DNA of 63,424 nucleotides, filler included, from Squatina squatina (lineage: Eukaryota): the NCBI GenBank assembly GCA_031763465.1. It is 4 parts of 4 records of this genome, joined end to end, with 100 filler letters (N's around TTAATTAATTAA, not from the genome) between each part and the next. Parts side by side here need not be neighbours in the genome. Positions count along the whole stretch, not along the records: positions 49,584 to 63,424 come from JARFOE010000001.1; 3 more parts are not named here. One strand, given 5' to 3'. The notes under the pieces are model-generated. The model was not told where the DNA came from. It worked only from the letters and a program-made list of their open reading frames with translations, and made no database searches. This document shows, piece by piece, positions 61,446 to 63,424 of this stretch. The first letter of the stretch is position 1, and each line of letters opens with the position of its first letter. The position numbers and the translations under genes were made by a program.

Positions 61446-62674
61446 NNNNNNNNNNNNNNNNNNNNNNNNNNNNNNNNNNNNNNNNNNNNNNNNNNNNNNN
61501 NNNNNNNNNNNNNNNNNNNNNNNNNNNNNNNNNNNNNNNNNNNNNTTGAGGTCCTACACAATTTCAGTGCAGCATTTTGAGAGAGAAAAAGGGCTCAAGT
61601 GTTTTCCTTTTGTCAGAATCCCTTGTGTCCTTATAGTTCATTTATTCTAAAGCACTGAGACATACCCTTATTTGTGTCATGCTGATAATCTTGTTGAGCC
61701 TTAATGAGGTTCATATTTGTAGTAAAGGGTAAATTTAACAAGGTTTGCATTCTCAGGGCACTGCGTTATAGATCCATGAAGCTGTGATGGGAGTGCAATG
61801 TTGTAAAGATCTAAACTTAAGAACTTAAAGCCTGCAGCCACTGATAACAAAACCAGCCTCAACCTAGAACTAAACATCTGTGCTATTACAAAAAAAAAGG
61901 TGTTTTCTATTCAGCATGAGCGGCAGGCTCAAAATGTCATTCGCATGTATGAAACTCACGCTTCTACATACATCACTTACTCAAATTGGACCCGTGTTCC
62001 CTAGTGTGGCTCTGTTTTTCAAACATTTTGACTCAAGGCCTGTCAATGGTATAATGTTAATTAATTTTAAAAGTCCTCTGGCAGCTTGGAAAAGGAAAAA
62101 AAAAATCTGTATATTTTACCAATAAAGGAAAATTAATTATTATACTTCTTAAAATAAGAGTTTTTTTTTTACTTCAATTTTTTAAAAGCCTCCAACAACG
62201 AAAAAAAAATTCATTCATTCATTCTCCCTCAGATTTAAGAACTTACATAAAAACACTGCCCTTAGGACCGACTTTTAACTGACATCTGTCCTACATGTCC
62301 GCTGGGCTGGTTTGTCTCAAGCGAAGCTACTTTTGGAAATAACACAGAATGATTGAAATCTAAATGTCAGTCCAGGCATAAAAGTAAGGTGATCTGCATC
62401 ACCACGGACAGATGTCAGAGACATTTTAACAGCTGTCAGGACCATTTCAGATGCTCATCAGCCACTGACCTTGAACAGAACGCCTTTTAAACAGTGGTGA
62501 AAGCAGAGGTGCTGAAACCGTGGCCGTGAGCAGTGGAAATTGTGCCAAATGCTTCCTTTAAAGAGTAAGGCCTGAGCTTTATGGCTCCCTTGTTCGTTGA
62601 TATTCAAGTAATGCCCTGTTATTTGTAATAGAAACAGAAAATGCTGGAAACAGTCAGCAGGCCAGGTAGCATTA

Positions 62675-62819
62675 GATTTGATAAGAGATATTCAAAAGCA
62701 TGAGGGGTCCAGGCAGAGTAGATAGAGATAAACTATCCCCATTGGCAGAAAGGTCAAGAACCAGAGGACACAAATTTAAGGTGATTGCCAGAAGATCCAA
62801 AGGTGAAATGAGGCAAAAC
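62675..62819 (+). mobile_element. CR1 ORF2 3' fragment
   Basis: RVDRDKLSPLAERSRTRGHKFKV (TRGH motif). Confidence 0.75.
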
Positions 62820-63424
62820 NNNNNNNNNNNNNNNNNNNNNNNNNNNNNNNNNNNNNNNNNNNNNNNNNNNNNNNNNNNNNNNNNNNNNNNNNNNNNNNNN
62901 NNNNNNNNNNNNNNNNNNNACAATATTCCATTTCACGCGCCTTTACCCACACAAAAAGATTTAATGTATTACTTTAATTTAATTTTGCAGTTGGAAAGTA
63001 ATTTTTCATGGCCCAAATCTGACAGTTTACTTCAAATTCTAATAGTATATTTGCAGCACGATTTTATTGAAAACGATACCTTAAAAAAATGCCAAGTGTG
63101 TGAATAGGGATATGCATTGGCTGCGCCATTTAATTTACATCAGCCTGTCAGTGTTTGATTTCATGTATAGTCTTATATATATGTCATATAAAATACAAGG
63201 TTGCTGCTATTTTTCTCATTTATTTTTTTACTAAACATTGTGTAAACTGATTTTGACTGCTAAAATAATAGGCATTAAAGGGAAAATGACTAAGTAGTAT
63301 ATAAATCTCTGTTCAGTGCAATACTTTTTGATTTGACAAGTAATTGCTGATTTTTATCTGTGTGACACTATCTCCATGTTGTGCAGCGAAGAAAAGCACT
63401 GTAAATGCAGGGGTTTATAACTTA

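Overview
This is a fragmented vertebrate draft scaffold, not prokaryotic DNA. The repeat content (CR1, L2, Deu-domain SINE, Penelope, Harbinger, Tx1, Vingi-like) points to a cartilaginous fish, probably a shark. Many short contigs are joined by 100-N gaps of unknown true size, by sized gaps, and by three synthetic N44-TTAATTAATTAA-N44 linkers. Scattered, splice-bounded exons identify a conserved block orthologous to human 5q31: PDLIM4 (+), OCTN-type SLC22A4/5 (+; exons 6, 3 and 9, out of order), IRF1 (-), ACSL6 (+; two exons). These are followed by exon 1 of a novel-class PKC (+) with mixed epsilon/eta features. Most exons of every gene are missing, presumably in gaps. The best leads are: (1) a possible third PKC epsilon/eta paralogue next to ACSL6; (2) an OCTN exon with substitutions at the equivalents of human OCTN2 Q207 and Y211; (3) IRF1 placed directly next to ACSL6, which predicts IL-3/IL-5/GM-CSF-family genes in the gaps between them; (4) a cluster of NF-kB sites, partly within a SINE, in IRF1 intron 1; (5) a ZM motif retained in PDLIM4; (6) a candidate 6-nt microexon. 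Gene calls come from my recall of protein sequences, not from database searches.
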